In this document: in pieces, positions 28,129-37,039 of the stretch
Layout: every line of letters starts with the position of its first letter
Numbering within the stretch: position 1 is the first letter of the stretch
Source of the DNA: Candidatus Omnitrophota bacterium
GTDB taxonomy: Bacteria; Omnitrophota; Gorgyraeia; Gygaellales; UBA12090
DNA length: 64,000 nucleotides
NCBI GenBank assembly: GCA_030674475.1
Contig: JAUSCZ010000035.1
Coordinates: forward strand, 6,432-70,431
Direction of reading: 5' to 3'
The notes under the pieces: model-generated
Told to the model about the DNA's origin: nothing
Seen by the model: only the letters and a program-made list of their open reading frames with translations
The model's database searches: none
Translations under genes and position numbers: made by a program

Positions 28129-28307
28129 TATTGTGTGACACTCGTGTCCAAATTAGCTATTACTTATCGACGAGAAATATGTTTTGAGATATCGAATTTG
28201 TCATACCCGCGAAAGCGGGTATCCAGAAAATACTCTCGTCGTGGATTCCCGCTTTCGCGGGAATGACAGCGGCTAATTTGGACAGCAATGATTGTGTGAC
28301 TATTGTT
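28129..28307. repeat. Large nested palindromic structure containing family-D hairpins, flanked by a 10-bp direct repeat attgtgtgac
   Basis: Inverted pairs tgtccaaattagc/gctaatttggaca, cgacgaga/tctcgtcg, and gtcATACCCGC-GAAA-GCGGGTATcc ... ggATTCCCGC-TTTC-GCGGGAATgac. A related family-D unit lies at 57655-57722 inside cbiA. Confidence 0.6.
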
Positions 28308-28331
28308 ATTTATTGACAAAAAACAAATTAT

Positions 28332-29663
28332 GTGTATTATATTGTGATTAACTTCACAAATGATACTATGGCAGACGAAAAATTTGATTGCATAATTGTA
28401 GGCGCCGGCCCCGCGGGCTTAAGCGCGGGCTATACCTTAGCTAAAGCCGGGCTTTCCGCGATTATCATAGAAAGAGGAGATTATCCGGGGGCAAAGACCG
28501 TAATGGGCGGAATTTTGTATTCCCACGCGATTGGCGAACTTATCCCCGATTTCTGCAAAGAGGCCCCCTTAGAAAGGCCCATTACTGAACAAAGGGTCTT
28601 ACTGTTAACCGAAGACGCAAGCATACAGGCGGGATACAAAACTAAAAAATTCGCTCAAGAACCCTATAATTCTTTTTCCGTATTAAGGGCGCAATTTGAC
28701 GGCTGGCTTGCCCAAAAAGTAGACCAGGCCGGGGTAATGGTTATCCCTAAGACACTGGTAGATACTGTCTTAAAAGAAAATAACCAAGTCATCGGAATAA
28801 AAACTGACCAGGGCGAAATTTTATACGCGGATTGCGTGCTGGCCTGCGACGGAATTAATTCACTGCTTGCCCAGAAAGCCGGCCTGCATCAGGAATGGCA
28901 GCCTCAAGACGTGGCGCTGGCCGTCAAAGAGGTGCTCACCCTGCCTAAAGAAAAAATCCAGGACAGGTTTAACTTAGAAGATAACGAAGGCTGTGCCATT
29001 GAATTTATGGGCACCATTTCCCACGGAATGACCGGCATAGGATTTCTTTATACCAATAAAGAATCTATTTCTCTGGGTATGGGCTGCCTGCTCTCAAACT
29101 ACCAAAAGAGTTTGATTAAACCTTACGACCTGATAGAAGAGGTTAAGTCGCACCCGGCGATTAAAAGGTTTATTGACGGCGCCCAGACCGAAGAATACCT
29201 GGCGCACCTTATCCCCGAGGGCGGATATAACCGCGTCCCTCCTCTTTATACCGACGGCATGCTGGTCTGCGGTGACGCGGCGCTTCTGGTAAACTCTATC
29301 CATAGGGAGGGCTCTAATCTGGCGATAAAAAGCGGAATCCTCGCCGCCCAAACCGTAATTGAGGCAAAAAACAAAAAAGACTTCTCTAAGAAAACACTTT
29401 CTTTATACAAAAAGAAGATTGAAGAAAGTTTTATCATCCAGGACTTAAAGAAATACCGGCGCCTGCCTCATCTTTTGCACACAAGAAACGAACTTTTCAG
29501 CCGTTATCCCCAGTTGGCCTCGGAAATCGCCGCGGAACTTCTTACGGTAGACGGCCGGTCAAAGGCGGAAAAAGAAAAAAAGATTATCGCGAAAATCCTG
29601 GGGACTCACTCACTCTGCGGATGGGGGAAAATGGCTTTTGATTTCTGGAGGGCAACGCGATGA
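28332..29663 (+). CDS. fixC: FAD-dependent electron-transfer-flavoprotein:quinone oxidoreductase FixC-type
   Basis: DCIIVGAGPAGLSAGY Rossmann motif and overall FixC/EtfQO likeness. True start is possibly the internal MADEKFD at 28368. Confidence 0.75.
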   Translation: MYYIVINFTNDTMADEKFDCIIVGAGPAGLSAGYTLAKAGLSAIIIERGDYPGAKTVMGGILYSHAIGELIPDFCKEAPLERPITEQRVLLLTEDASIQAGYKTKKFAQEPYNSFSVLRAQFDGWLAQKVDQAGVMVIPKTLVDTVLKENNQVIGIKTDQGEILYADCVLACDGINSLLAQKAGLHQEWQPQDVALAVKEVLTLPKEKIQDRFNLEDNEGCAIEFMGTISHGMTGIGFLYTNKESISLGMGCLLSNYQKSLIKPYDLIEEVKSHPAIKRFIDGAQTEEYLAHLIPEGGYNRVPPLYTDGMLVCGDAALLVNSIHREGSNLAIKSGILAAQTVIEAKNKKDFSKKTLSLYKKKIEESFIIQDLKKYRRLPHLLHTRNELFSRYPQLASEIAAELLTVDGRSKAEKEKKIIAKILGTHSLCGWGKMAFDFWRATR

Positions 29664-29938
29664 AGATAGAAGAAAAGCTGTTTAAGACTAAATTCAAGGC
29701 CGACGCCCACGAACACTGCCACCTTAAAATAAAAGACCGCGAGGTCTGCCTAAAATGCGAATTTAAACCCTGCACCACCTTCTGTCCTGCCCAGGTATAT
29801 ACCTGGGACAAAGAGAAAATTATTGTGGGTTATGAAAACTGCCTGGAATGCGGCTCCTGCCGGATTGCCTGCCCGTATTACAATATTGAGTGGCGCTACC
29901 CCCGCGGTGGTTTCGGAGTGCAATACCGGATGGGTTAA
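29660..29938 (+). CDS. fixX: Ferredoxin-like protein FixX
   Basis: 92 aa with Cys clusters (CLKCEFKPCTTFCP, CLECGSCRIACPY). Overlaps the fixC stop codon. Confidence 0.75.
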   Translation: MKIEEKLFKTKFKADAHEHCHLKIKDREVCLKCEFKPCTTFCPAQVYTWDKEKIIVGYENCLECGSCRIACPYYNIEWRYPRGGFGVQYRMG

Positions 29939-29971
29939 GCCATTACGCATTAAAATAAGGAGAAAAAAGGG

Positions 29972-30607
29972 ATGCTGTTACAGAAATTATTAGCAATTGC
30001 CTTAATCAGCACGGAATGGATAATCTGGGTCCTTTTGCTTTTATCAGTTATATCCGTGGCGGTCATAATTGAGCGTTTCTTTGTTTTACGCCTCAAGCGG
30101 GGAGATTTGCAACTCCTGAAGCAAAGGATAGGCGCTGCTATGCGCAAGGCGAATAACGCGGGGATAGAAAGCATCTTGCGGCAGGATAATTCATCGGCGG
30201 CAAAGATATTACTGGAGACTATTCAAAACACCAAGAGTATGGGGCTTGATTTTGAAGATAGCCTGGCCATAGCCATCTCTGAAGAAAAACTGCGGCTGGA
30301 GAGCCGTATCGCTATCTTGGGAACCCTGGGAAATAACGCCCCCTTCATCGGGCTTTTTGGCACAGTGCTGGGCATAATCAATGCCTTCCACAGCCTGGCC
30401 CAAAATACCAAGGGCGGCCCGACAATCATAATGACGGGGATCTCAGAAGCCCTGATTGCCACGGCGTTGGGGTTATTTATTGCCATACCCGCGGTCGGGG
30501 CGTATAATTATTTTATCCGGCGGATCAAGAAAATAATCGTTTCGGCTGAGAATTTTACCCGGATGCTGACACCTGTGTGTATGGCTAAAGAGAAAGAGAG
30601 AAGTTAA
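29972..30607 (+). CDS. exbB: MotA/TolQ/ExbB proton-channel family protein
   Basis: Three TM segments and the conserved LGTLGNNAPFIGLFGTVLGI motif. Confidence 0.75.
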   Translation: MLLQKLLAIALISTEWIIWVLLLLSVISVAVIIERFFVLRLKRGDLQLLKQRIGAAMRKANNAGIESILRQDNSSAAKILLETIQNTKSMGLDFEDSLAIAISEEKLRLESRIAILGTLGNNAPFIGLFGTVLGIINAFHSLAQNTKGGPTIIMTGISEALIATALGLFIAIPAVGAYNYFIRRIKKIIVSAENFTRMLTPVCMAKEKERS

Positions 30608-30610
30608 GCG

Positions 30611-31027
30611 ATGGGCGCGAGGGCATTGCAAAGAGATAATTTTGATGAGATTATATCGGAAATAAACATCATCCCGTTTGTAGATATAAGCCTTGTGTTG
30701 CTGATTATTTTTATGGTGACGGCAAATTATATTATGACGTCTTCTCTTACGATAAATATCCCCCAGGCATCACATGCCAAACAAATTCAGCCGAATGATG
30801 TGGTTACGATTAATGTTTCCCGCGAAGGACCGGTATATATTGAGAAAGAATTGGTTACCAGCGCTGAATTAAGAAAAAGAATAAAGGCCAAATTCCAGGA
30901 CAACCATGATGTGGCGGTTATACTCTCAGCAGACAGGAATGTCAGCTTTAAAAACGTGGTTAATATCCTTGACCTATTAAGCGAGATAGGAATCAGCCGG
31001 CTTAATATCGCGACGGTAAACGAATAG
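30611..31027 (+). CDS. exbD: ExbD/TolR biopolymer transport protein
   Basis: INIIPFVDISLVLLIIFMV TM segment followed by a periplasmic domain. Confidence 0.75.
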   Translation: MGARALQRDNFDEIISEINIIPFVDISLVLLIIFMVTANYIMTSSLTINIPQASHAKQIQPNDVVTINVSREGPVYIEKELVTSAELRKRIKAKFQDNHDVAVILSADRNVSFKNVVNILDLLSEIGISRLNIATVNE

Positions 31028-31304
31028 CATAATTTTGAGAGCTGATTCGGGGCGCATTACCGGCTGGGTTAAACTTTTATAGGCAATATCACAAACGGCA
31101 TTCCCTGCGGTCTAAGCCCTTAGAGATTTCCTCTTTAAAGCTATCCATTTCCCGCGGGCTTTTAAAATTTCCGGCATCTAATGCCCCGACCTGCACAAAA
31201 ACAAAATTCTTAAATGTCCCGCCAAATAAACGAATAACCGCGAAAAGCGTATGCAGCCCCATTCCGTTGAAATACGGATTCTCTCTTCACGTAATATCCT
31301 CTTT

Positions 31305-32012
31305 TTATTCCCCTAAATAAGCTTTGCGCACCTGGGTATTCATAAGAAGCTTTCTACCTTCTCCCTCTAAGACAATTTTTCCGGTTTCAAGAACATAGGC
31401 CCAAGCCGCGGCCTCAAGCGCCCAGCGGGCATTCTGCTCTACAAGCAATATCCCCACACCTTCCGCCTGAATTTTTAAGAGGACATCAAAGATTTTCTCC
31501 ACCACTAAAGGCGCCAGGCCAAGTGAGGGCTCATCAAGCAAAAGTATCTTAGGCTTGGCCATCAGCGCCCTGCCGATGGCCAGCATCTGTTGTTCTCCGC
31601 CGGAAAGTGTCCCGGCCTCCTGCTTCTGGCGTTCAGAAAGTATGGGAAAAAGCCTGTATACCCGCTCTATGTCTTCTTTAACCGTGCGGTCTTTTTGGCG
31701 TCCAAAAGCGCCCAGCTGAAGGTTTTCTAACACCGTTAATCCGCGAAACACCCGCCTTCCTTCAGGAACCTGAACAATTCCTCTGGAGACAATCTCATCC
31801 GGCCGGATACGCTTTATCCGCCTGCCGTCAAGCTCCATACTACCTTCTTTAAAAGGCAAAATTCCTGAGATAGCCATTAAGGTAGTTGACTTTCCCGCCC
31901 CATTAGCCCCGACCAGCGCGGTAATTTTGCCTTGGCTGACCTCTAAAGTTATCCCCTTAAGCACCTCAATCTTACCGTAGCCGACACGCAGATTCTCAAC
32001 CTTTAACACCAT
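31305..32012 (-). CDS. livF: Branched-chain amino acid ABC transporter ATP-binding protein
   Basis: Walker A GANGAGKST, LSGGEQQ signature, and LivF-like length. Confidence 0.8.
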   Translation of the reverse strand: MVLKVENLRVGYGKIEVLKGITLEVSQGKITALVGANGAGKSTTLMAISGILPFKEGSMELDGRRIKRIRPDEIVSRGIVQVPEGRRVFRGLTVLENLQLGAFGRQKDRTVKEDIERVYRLFPILSERQKQEAGTLSGGEQQMLAIGRALMAKPKILLLDEPSLGLAPLVVEKIFDVLLKIQAEGVGILLVEQNARWALEAAAWAYVLETGKIVLEGEGRKLLMNTQVRKAYLGE

Positions 32013-32035
32013 ACTTTCTTTTACCTTTTGCCTTT

Positions 32036-32803
32036 TTACTTTTTACTTTTTCCTAGATAGGCCTCGATTACTTTAGGATTGCATTGGACATCACCGGGTT
32101 TGCCTTCGCAAATTTTTTCACCTGAATCAAGCACCACTATTCTCTGGCAAAGCCCCATTACCAGCTTCATATCATGCTCAATGACCAGGACACTGACGCC
32201 GCTGGCGCGAATCTTGCGGATTATCTCCAACAGCTCTAATTTCTCTCCCGCGTTCATCCCCGCCGCCGGCTCATCCATCAGCAAAAGACGCGGCTCGGTA
32301 GCTAATGCCCGGGCAATCTCAAGGCGCCTTTGTAAGCCAAACGGCAGGCTGGATGCCAAATCAGATGCCCGATTACCTAGTTTTACAAAACGCAATAACT
32401 CTTCCGAGCGCCCACGCACCGCTTGTTCTTCGTTTCTCATCCCGGATGAACGCCTTAAAGTAGCCCAGATATTTGATGATGTGCGCGAAAAAGTCCCCAC
32501 CATCACATTTTCTAACGCGCTCATACTGGCAAAGACCCGCGCGTTCTGAAATGTCCGGGCTATTCCGCGTTCACTTACCCGGTGAGCCGGGAAACGGGTA
32601 ATATCCTGCGCGTATTCACCGAAAGCAATCTTTCCTGAGTCAGGCCGGTAGACGCCGGTGATACAATTAAAGAAAGTAGTTTTACCCGCCCCGTTAGGGC
32701 CGATCAGCCCGACGATCTCTGATTTAGCTATTGACATACTAATATTGCTAAGCGCGGTAATTCCGCCAAAATGTTTAGAAATACCTTGGACTTCCAATAT
32801 CAT
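32036..32803 (-). CDS. livG: Branched-chain amino acid ABC transporter ATP-binding protein
   Basis: Walker A GPNGAGKTT and ABC signature. Confidence 0.8.
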   Translation of the reverse strand: MILEVQGISKHFGGITALSNISMSIAKSEIVGLIGPNGAGKTTFFNCITGVYRPDSGKIAFGEYAQDITRFPAHRVSERGIARTFQNARVFASMSALENVMVGTFSRTSSNIWATLRRSSGMRNEEQAVRGRSEELLRFVKLGNRASDLASSLPFGLQRRLEIARALATEPRLLLMDEPAAGMNAGEKLELLEIIRKIRASGVSVLVIEHDMKLVMGLCQRIVVLDSGEKICEGKPGDVQCNPKVIEAYLGKSKK

Positions 32804-33840
32804 TGCCTTAAATCCTCGGACAATACTTCATCTTCTTCCTGGCGAACGCGCTCGTTTTCGGGCCTGAATTCTTCAAAAATCCGCATCCCGCCCAAAATAC
32901 CTTGAGGCCGAAATAACATCATTACAATCATCACCGCGCCAAAAAGAAACATCCGATATTGCTGTAATGGTCGTAAAATTTCCGGTAATACGGTAAGCGC
33001 CACCGCACCCACAATTGAACCGGAGATACTTCCGATACCACCCAATACCAGCATAGCAACCAGCATTATTGAAGTAATAAAATCAAAGCTGTCCGGCGAG
33101 ACAAAACCCTGTTTACCGGCAAAAAGCCATCCGGCAAACCCGGCTATCGCCGACCCCGCGCAAAAAGCCAGCAATTTAAGCTTTCCGGTATTGATTCCCA
33201 TGCAGGCGGCAGCTACTTCATCCTCCTTAATCGCGATCCACGCCCGGCCAAAACGCGAAGACGATAAACGATTAGTTATAATGACTGTTACTATAATTGC
33301 CAATAAGGTAAGATAATAATAAGGCATACTCTTGATGCCAAAGTCAAAACTCTTAGGGCTAAGCCCAATAACCGGATGACTCACGGTCAGGCCGTTTGGC
33401 CCTCCGGTTAAACTATCCATATTGTTAAGGGCGATACGGACAATCTCCCCAAAACCCAAAGTCACCAGAGCAAGATAATCACCTTTAAGCCTAAGCACGC
33501 AAGAGCCAAAAAGTAAGCCTAAGCCTCCGGCTGAAATAACACAGGCAGGCAGGCTTACCCAAAAAGACAGTCCTAATTTTACGTTGAGTAAGGCGTAGGT
33601 ATAGGCGCCGGCCGCGAAAAAGGCGGCCTGCCCTAAGTTGAGCAGGCCGCAATAACCGGTCATCACATTTAGCCCTAATACGAGAATAGCAAAAATCCCC
33701 GCGCTGACCAGGACTTCCAGATGATATTCATTATGGTTAAAAAGCGGCAACGCGACAAGGATTAAGAGGACAACCGCGGACATAGCCCATCGAGAAAGTT
33801 TCCCTTTCTTTTGATATGCCGTAAGGGCTCTTTTATTCAT
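32800..33840 (-). CDS. livM: Branched-chain amino acid ABC transporter permease
   Basis: Polytopic LivM-like permease. Start overlaps the livH stop. Confidence 0.75.
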   Translation of the reverse strand: MNKRALTAYQKKGKLSRWAMSAVVLLILVALPLFNHNEYHLEVLVSAGIFAILVLGLNVMTGYCGLLNLGQAAFFAAGAYTYALLNVKLGLSFWVSLPACVISAGGLGLLFGSCVLRLKGDYLALVTLGFGEIVRIALNNMDSLTGGPNGLTVSHPVIGLSPKSFDFGIKSMPYYYLTLLAIIVTVIITNRLSSSRFGRAWIAIKEDEVAAACMGINTGKLKLLAFCAGSAIAGFAGWLFAGKQGFVSPDSFDFITSIMLVAMLVLGGIGSISGSIVGAVALTVLPEILRPLQQYRMFLFGAVMIVMMLFRPQGILGGMRIFEEFRPENERVRQEEDEVLSEDLRQ

Positions 33841-34738
33841 TGCGGGATTTTCTTAAAATTCCTGACGGCCAGCATAAAAGCAGGATGACTAAAATCAAGA
33901 ACGCGAATACATTCTTCCAGGCCGAAGAAAGGTATCCCGCGCCTAATCCTTCCAGCATCCCCAAGGCTATCCCCCCCAGCATTGCCCCCGGAACATTGCC
34001 GATACCTCCCAGCACCGCCGCGGTAAAGGCCTTAATCCCCACCAGATAGCCGTCATGGAAACTAATGGTATTATAATACATCCCATACATCACCCCACCC
34101 GCGCCGCCCAAAGCCGAGCCGATTAAAAAACACACACTAATTACTTTATCTACGTTAATACCCATAAGCCGGGCGGCAGTCATATCTTCTGAGGTAGCGC
34201 GCAAGGCCTTACCCAACATAGTCCGGGTTACAAAAAAACGCAAGGCAATCATCATCACCAAGCTGGTAGTAATGATAAAACCTTGCATGAAGGTAATACG
34301 CAGCGCCCCGACAGTCAAAGCCGAATGTTTGAAAAACGCGGGAAAGCTCTTATCTACCGGGCCCCAGATAAGCATCAGCACATTCTGCAGGATAAAAGAA
34401 ATGCCTATGGCGGTAATCAGACAAGCCAGCCTTGGCGCCTTACGCAAGGGGCGATAGGCGATACGCTCTATTACCACACCCAAGAGCCCGCAGCCGGCCA
34501 TCGCCGCGCAAAACATCAGGACAAGTGTAAAAACACTGTTCCATTGCGTTAGAGAGGGAAATAACGAAAAAACAGCTAGCCCAAAAAACGCGCCGGTGAT
34601 AAAAATTTCACCGTGCGCGAAATTGATCAGCTGGATAATCCCGTAGACCATGGTATAGCCAAGGGCTATCAGGGCATAAATCATCCCAATGGTCAGGCCG
34701 TTAATCAGCTGTTGCAGGAAAGTTTCTAGGTGGCTCAC
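33833..34738 (-). CDS. livH: Branched-chain amino acid ABC transporter permease
   Basis: LivH-like permease. Confidence 0.75.
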   Translation of the reverse strand: MSHLETFLQQLINGLTIGMIYALIALGYTMVYGIIQLINFAHGEIFITGAFFGLAVFSLFPSLTQWNSVFTLVLMFCAAMAGCGLLGVVIERIAYRPLRKAPRLACLITAIGISFILQNVLMLIWGPVDKSFPAFFKHSALTVGALRITFMQGFIITTSLVMMIALRFFVTRTMLGKALRATSEDMTAARLMGINVDKVISVCFLIGSALGGAGGVMYGMYYNTISFHDGYLVGIKAFTAAVLGGIGNVPGAMLGGIALGMLEGLGAGYLSSAWKNVFAFLILVILLLCWPSGILRKSRNE

Positions 34739-35865
34739 TTCTTGGCAGGGCCTATATACTCAAAGGCTTGGTTCTTCACCCGGAAAACCCCTATAAGACC
34801 GATAGTAGAATCCCCTTTAGCGTCAAAATTGGTTACGCCGACAATCCCGGGGAAATCTTTGGTTGCTTTCACCTGGGCAAGGATAGCCTGACGGTCAAGC
34901 TTTCCGGTCTTGCGAATAGCATCTATAATAATATTAGAAGCATCATAGGCATAGGCGCTATAAGGCCCGCGCTCTTGGCCAAAACGGGCATTATAGGTTT
35001 CTATGTAGTGCTTGGCGCTTGCCAAGCTACGGACATCCGCGCCGATAAAGGTGCAATAAACTCCCTCGGCGTCCTCCTTAGCCAAGACGATAAATGCCGG
35101 AACGTAGAGACCGTCACCGCCCAGCCACTCTGCGCTAAGTCCTAAAGCCTTGGCCTGTCTGACTAACAATGCCCCTTCCGGATACATCCCTCCGAAAAAG
35201 ATAACCTCAGGATTGAGTGCCTTTATTTTCGTCAATAAGGGGGTAAAATCTTTATCACCCTGCATAATCCCTTCATGGCCAAACATAGTTGCCCCTAAGC
35301 GCAGAATCTCTTTTTCAAATTCGTCGGCAATCCCTTTACCATAAGTAGTCTTATCATCAATGATAAAAACTTGCCGCGCCTTTAATTGGGTAAAGGCAAA
35401 ATACGCGGCCTGAGGCGCTTGAATATCATCGGTGGCGCAGGTCCTAAAAAAGGTATCGTATCCTTTACGGGAGATTTCCGGATTTGAGGAAGAAGGTGAA
35501 ATTTGGGTAAGCCGGGCGTTTTGATAAATTGGCCCTGCCGCCAGGCTGCAGGATGAATTCACATGGCCGACTACTGCTACCACTGCAGGATCAGATGCTA
35601 AACGCTTGGCCATAGCTACTGCCTGAGATGGGTTGTGCTGGTCATCAAGTGAAACAATTTCAAGGCGGTAGCCGGGAATAATTTCCCCTTTAGCATTAGT
35701 CTCATCAACAGCGATTTGCAAGGCATGCAGCTGGTCCAGCCCTAAACTTGCCTGATCCCCGGTAATCGGCCCCACACAGCCAATTTTAATCACCCCAATT
35801 TTCTTAGCCCCAAGGCTTATCACCGCGAAAAAACAACACACAAAAATAAGTACTTTTTGCCTCAC
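34735..35865 (-). CDS. livK: Branched-chain amino acid ABC transporter substrate-binding protein
   Basis: Signal peptide plus type-I periplasmic binding fold of the Leu/Ile/Val-binding family. Confidence 0.75.
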   Translation of the reverse strand: MRQKVLIFVCCFFAVISLGAKKIGVIKIGCVGPITGDQASLGLDQLHALQIAVDETNAKGEIIPGYRLEIVSLDDQHNPSQAVAMAKRLASDPAVVAVVGHVNSSCSLAAGPIYQNARLTQISPSSSNPEISRKGYDTFFRTCATDDIQAPQAAYFAFTQLKARQVFIIDDKTTYGKGIADEFEKEILRLGATMFGHEGIMQGDKDFTPLLTKIKALNPEVIFFGGMYPEGALLVRQAKALGLSAEWLGGDGLYVPAFIVLAKEDAEGVYCTFIGADVRSLASAKHYIETYNARFGQERGPYSAYAYDASNIIIDAIRKTGKLDRQAILAQVKATKDFPGIVGVTNFDAKGDSTIGLIGVFRVKNQAFEYIGPAKK

Positions 35866-36018
35866 CGTATGGTCCTTTCATTTAAACGCAAAAGCGCAAA
35901 AAATATAAGAAATAATTTATACCGCAAAAATGCGAAGAAAGCGTAAAAGCGTGAAGAAACTATCGAGATTTAAGGGTAGACGAATAAAGCGCATCAAACC
36001 GTCCGCTGGATCGAATTA

Positions 36019-36258
36019 TTAGAATAATTCTTTGATTAAATCACTTTTATCTATTTTGAAATGGATAGCGATATCGCTTAAAATGCTGCTTAATGTGCCG
36101 ATTTTAAGGTATTTGTGCGCGGGGATAGTGATGTGGTGTTCGCCGTGCAGAATAGTGGTAAGCCGCATATGACTGCCGGTTTGTCGCGTAATCGCGTAGT
36201 CATATTTTCTGAGAAGCTTAGCGAGTTCTTCTCCGCTGATTTCCCTGGGAAGCTTCAT
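36019..36258 (-). CDS. hicA: HicA-family mRNA interferase toxin (YcfA-like)
   Basis: KLPREISGEELAKLLRKYDYAITRQTGSHMRL motif of COG1724/HicA. Overlaps the upstream hicB by 4 nt. Confidence 0.7.
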   Translation of the reverse strand: MKLPREISGEELAKLLRKYDYAITRQTGSHMRLTTILHGEHHITIPAHKYLKIGTLSSILSDIAIHFKIDKSDLIKELF

Positions 36259-36461
36259 ATCGCCATTACTTCATCTTTTACCATATGGAGACGCGCGATA
36301 CGAGGAATGGTCTTTTCGTCAAAATGACACTTTACCGCGTCTTTGATGTTTTCTTTTAGCTCGTCCAAAGTTTCACCTTCGGTATAGATAGAGTAACCTA
36401 GAGCCTTAGCAGTGTAGCCGCCTTCGTCTGAACTTTCAATGATAAATATAATTTCACTCAT
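36255..36461 (-). CDS. hicB: HicB-family antitoxin (UPF0150-like)
   Basis: 68 aa, ...ESSDEGGYTAKALGYSIYTEGETLDELKENIKDAV..., the HicB N-terminal RNase-H-like fold. Confidence 0.65.
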   Translation of the reverse strand: MSEIIFIIESSDEGGYTAKALGYSIYTEGETLDELKENIKDAVKCHFDEKTIPRIARLHMVKDEVMAI

Positions 36462-36545
36462 CGTTATTCACCCCTATTTAAGTATATCATAGTTTTATTT
36501 ATTTTTCTAATTTTATATTGTTTCCACCCTAAGAAGCCATTTCTA

Positions 36546-36584
36546 TTGCAAACTCCAGTATAAGTATGTTATACTGCAACTATG
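36546..36584 (+). promoter_or_regulatory. Sigma-70-like promoter giving a near-leaderless transcript for the thioesterase gene
   Basis: TTGCAA (36546-36551), an 18-nt spacer, then TATACT (36570-36575). The ATG is at 36582, only 6 nt after the -10 element, with no Shine-Dalgarno. Confidence 0.4.
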
Positions 36585-37004
36585 TTTATATACAAGCGAA
36601 AAATCAGGTTTCAGGATACGGATGCCGCGGGAGTTATCTTCTTCCCTAACCAATTCTGCTTCTACCAGGAGGCATTCGAGGCATTTCTGGAGAGCATAGG
36701 ATATGATTTAGCAACAGTAACGCGAAAAAATAAACATCATTTGCCGGTTGTCTATGCCGAGGCTGATTATAGCGCGCCCTTACGCTTAGGGGATAATATT
36801 GAGATTCACCTAAAGGTCGCGCACATAGGGAATTCCTCCCTTACTTTCCAGGTTGACATTCTCAAACAAGGTAGAATCCGCGCTGGACGCGTAAAGATAG
36901 TCCATGTGTCTGTTGACGCCCGCACCCGCAAGAAAACTCCCCTCCCCCCAAGCCTACGCGAAAAGATGGCACGACTCCATAAAATAAATCACTTACCATT
37001 ATAA
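36582..37004 (+). CDS. Hotdog-fold acyl-CoA thioesterase (YbgC/4HBT family), candidate DHNA-CoA thioesterase
   Basis: FQDTDAAGVIFFPNQFCFYQEAFEAF motif of 4HBT thioesterases. Adjacent to the men cluster. Confidence 0.6.
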   Translation: MFIYKRKIRFQDTDAAGVIFFPNQFCFYQEAFEAFLESIGYDLATVTRKNKHHLPVVYAEADYSAPLRLGDNIEIHLKVAHIGNSSLTFQVDILKQGRIRAGRVKIVHVSVDARTRKKTPLPPSLREKMARLHKINHLPL

Positions 37005-37039
37005 CCGTCGCGTAAAAACTTCCGGAAGGAGCTTTTGCT

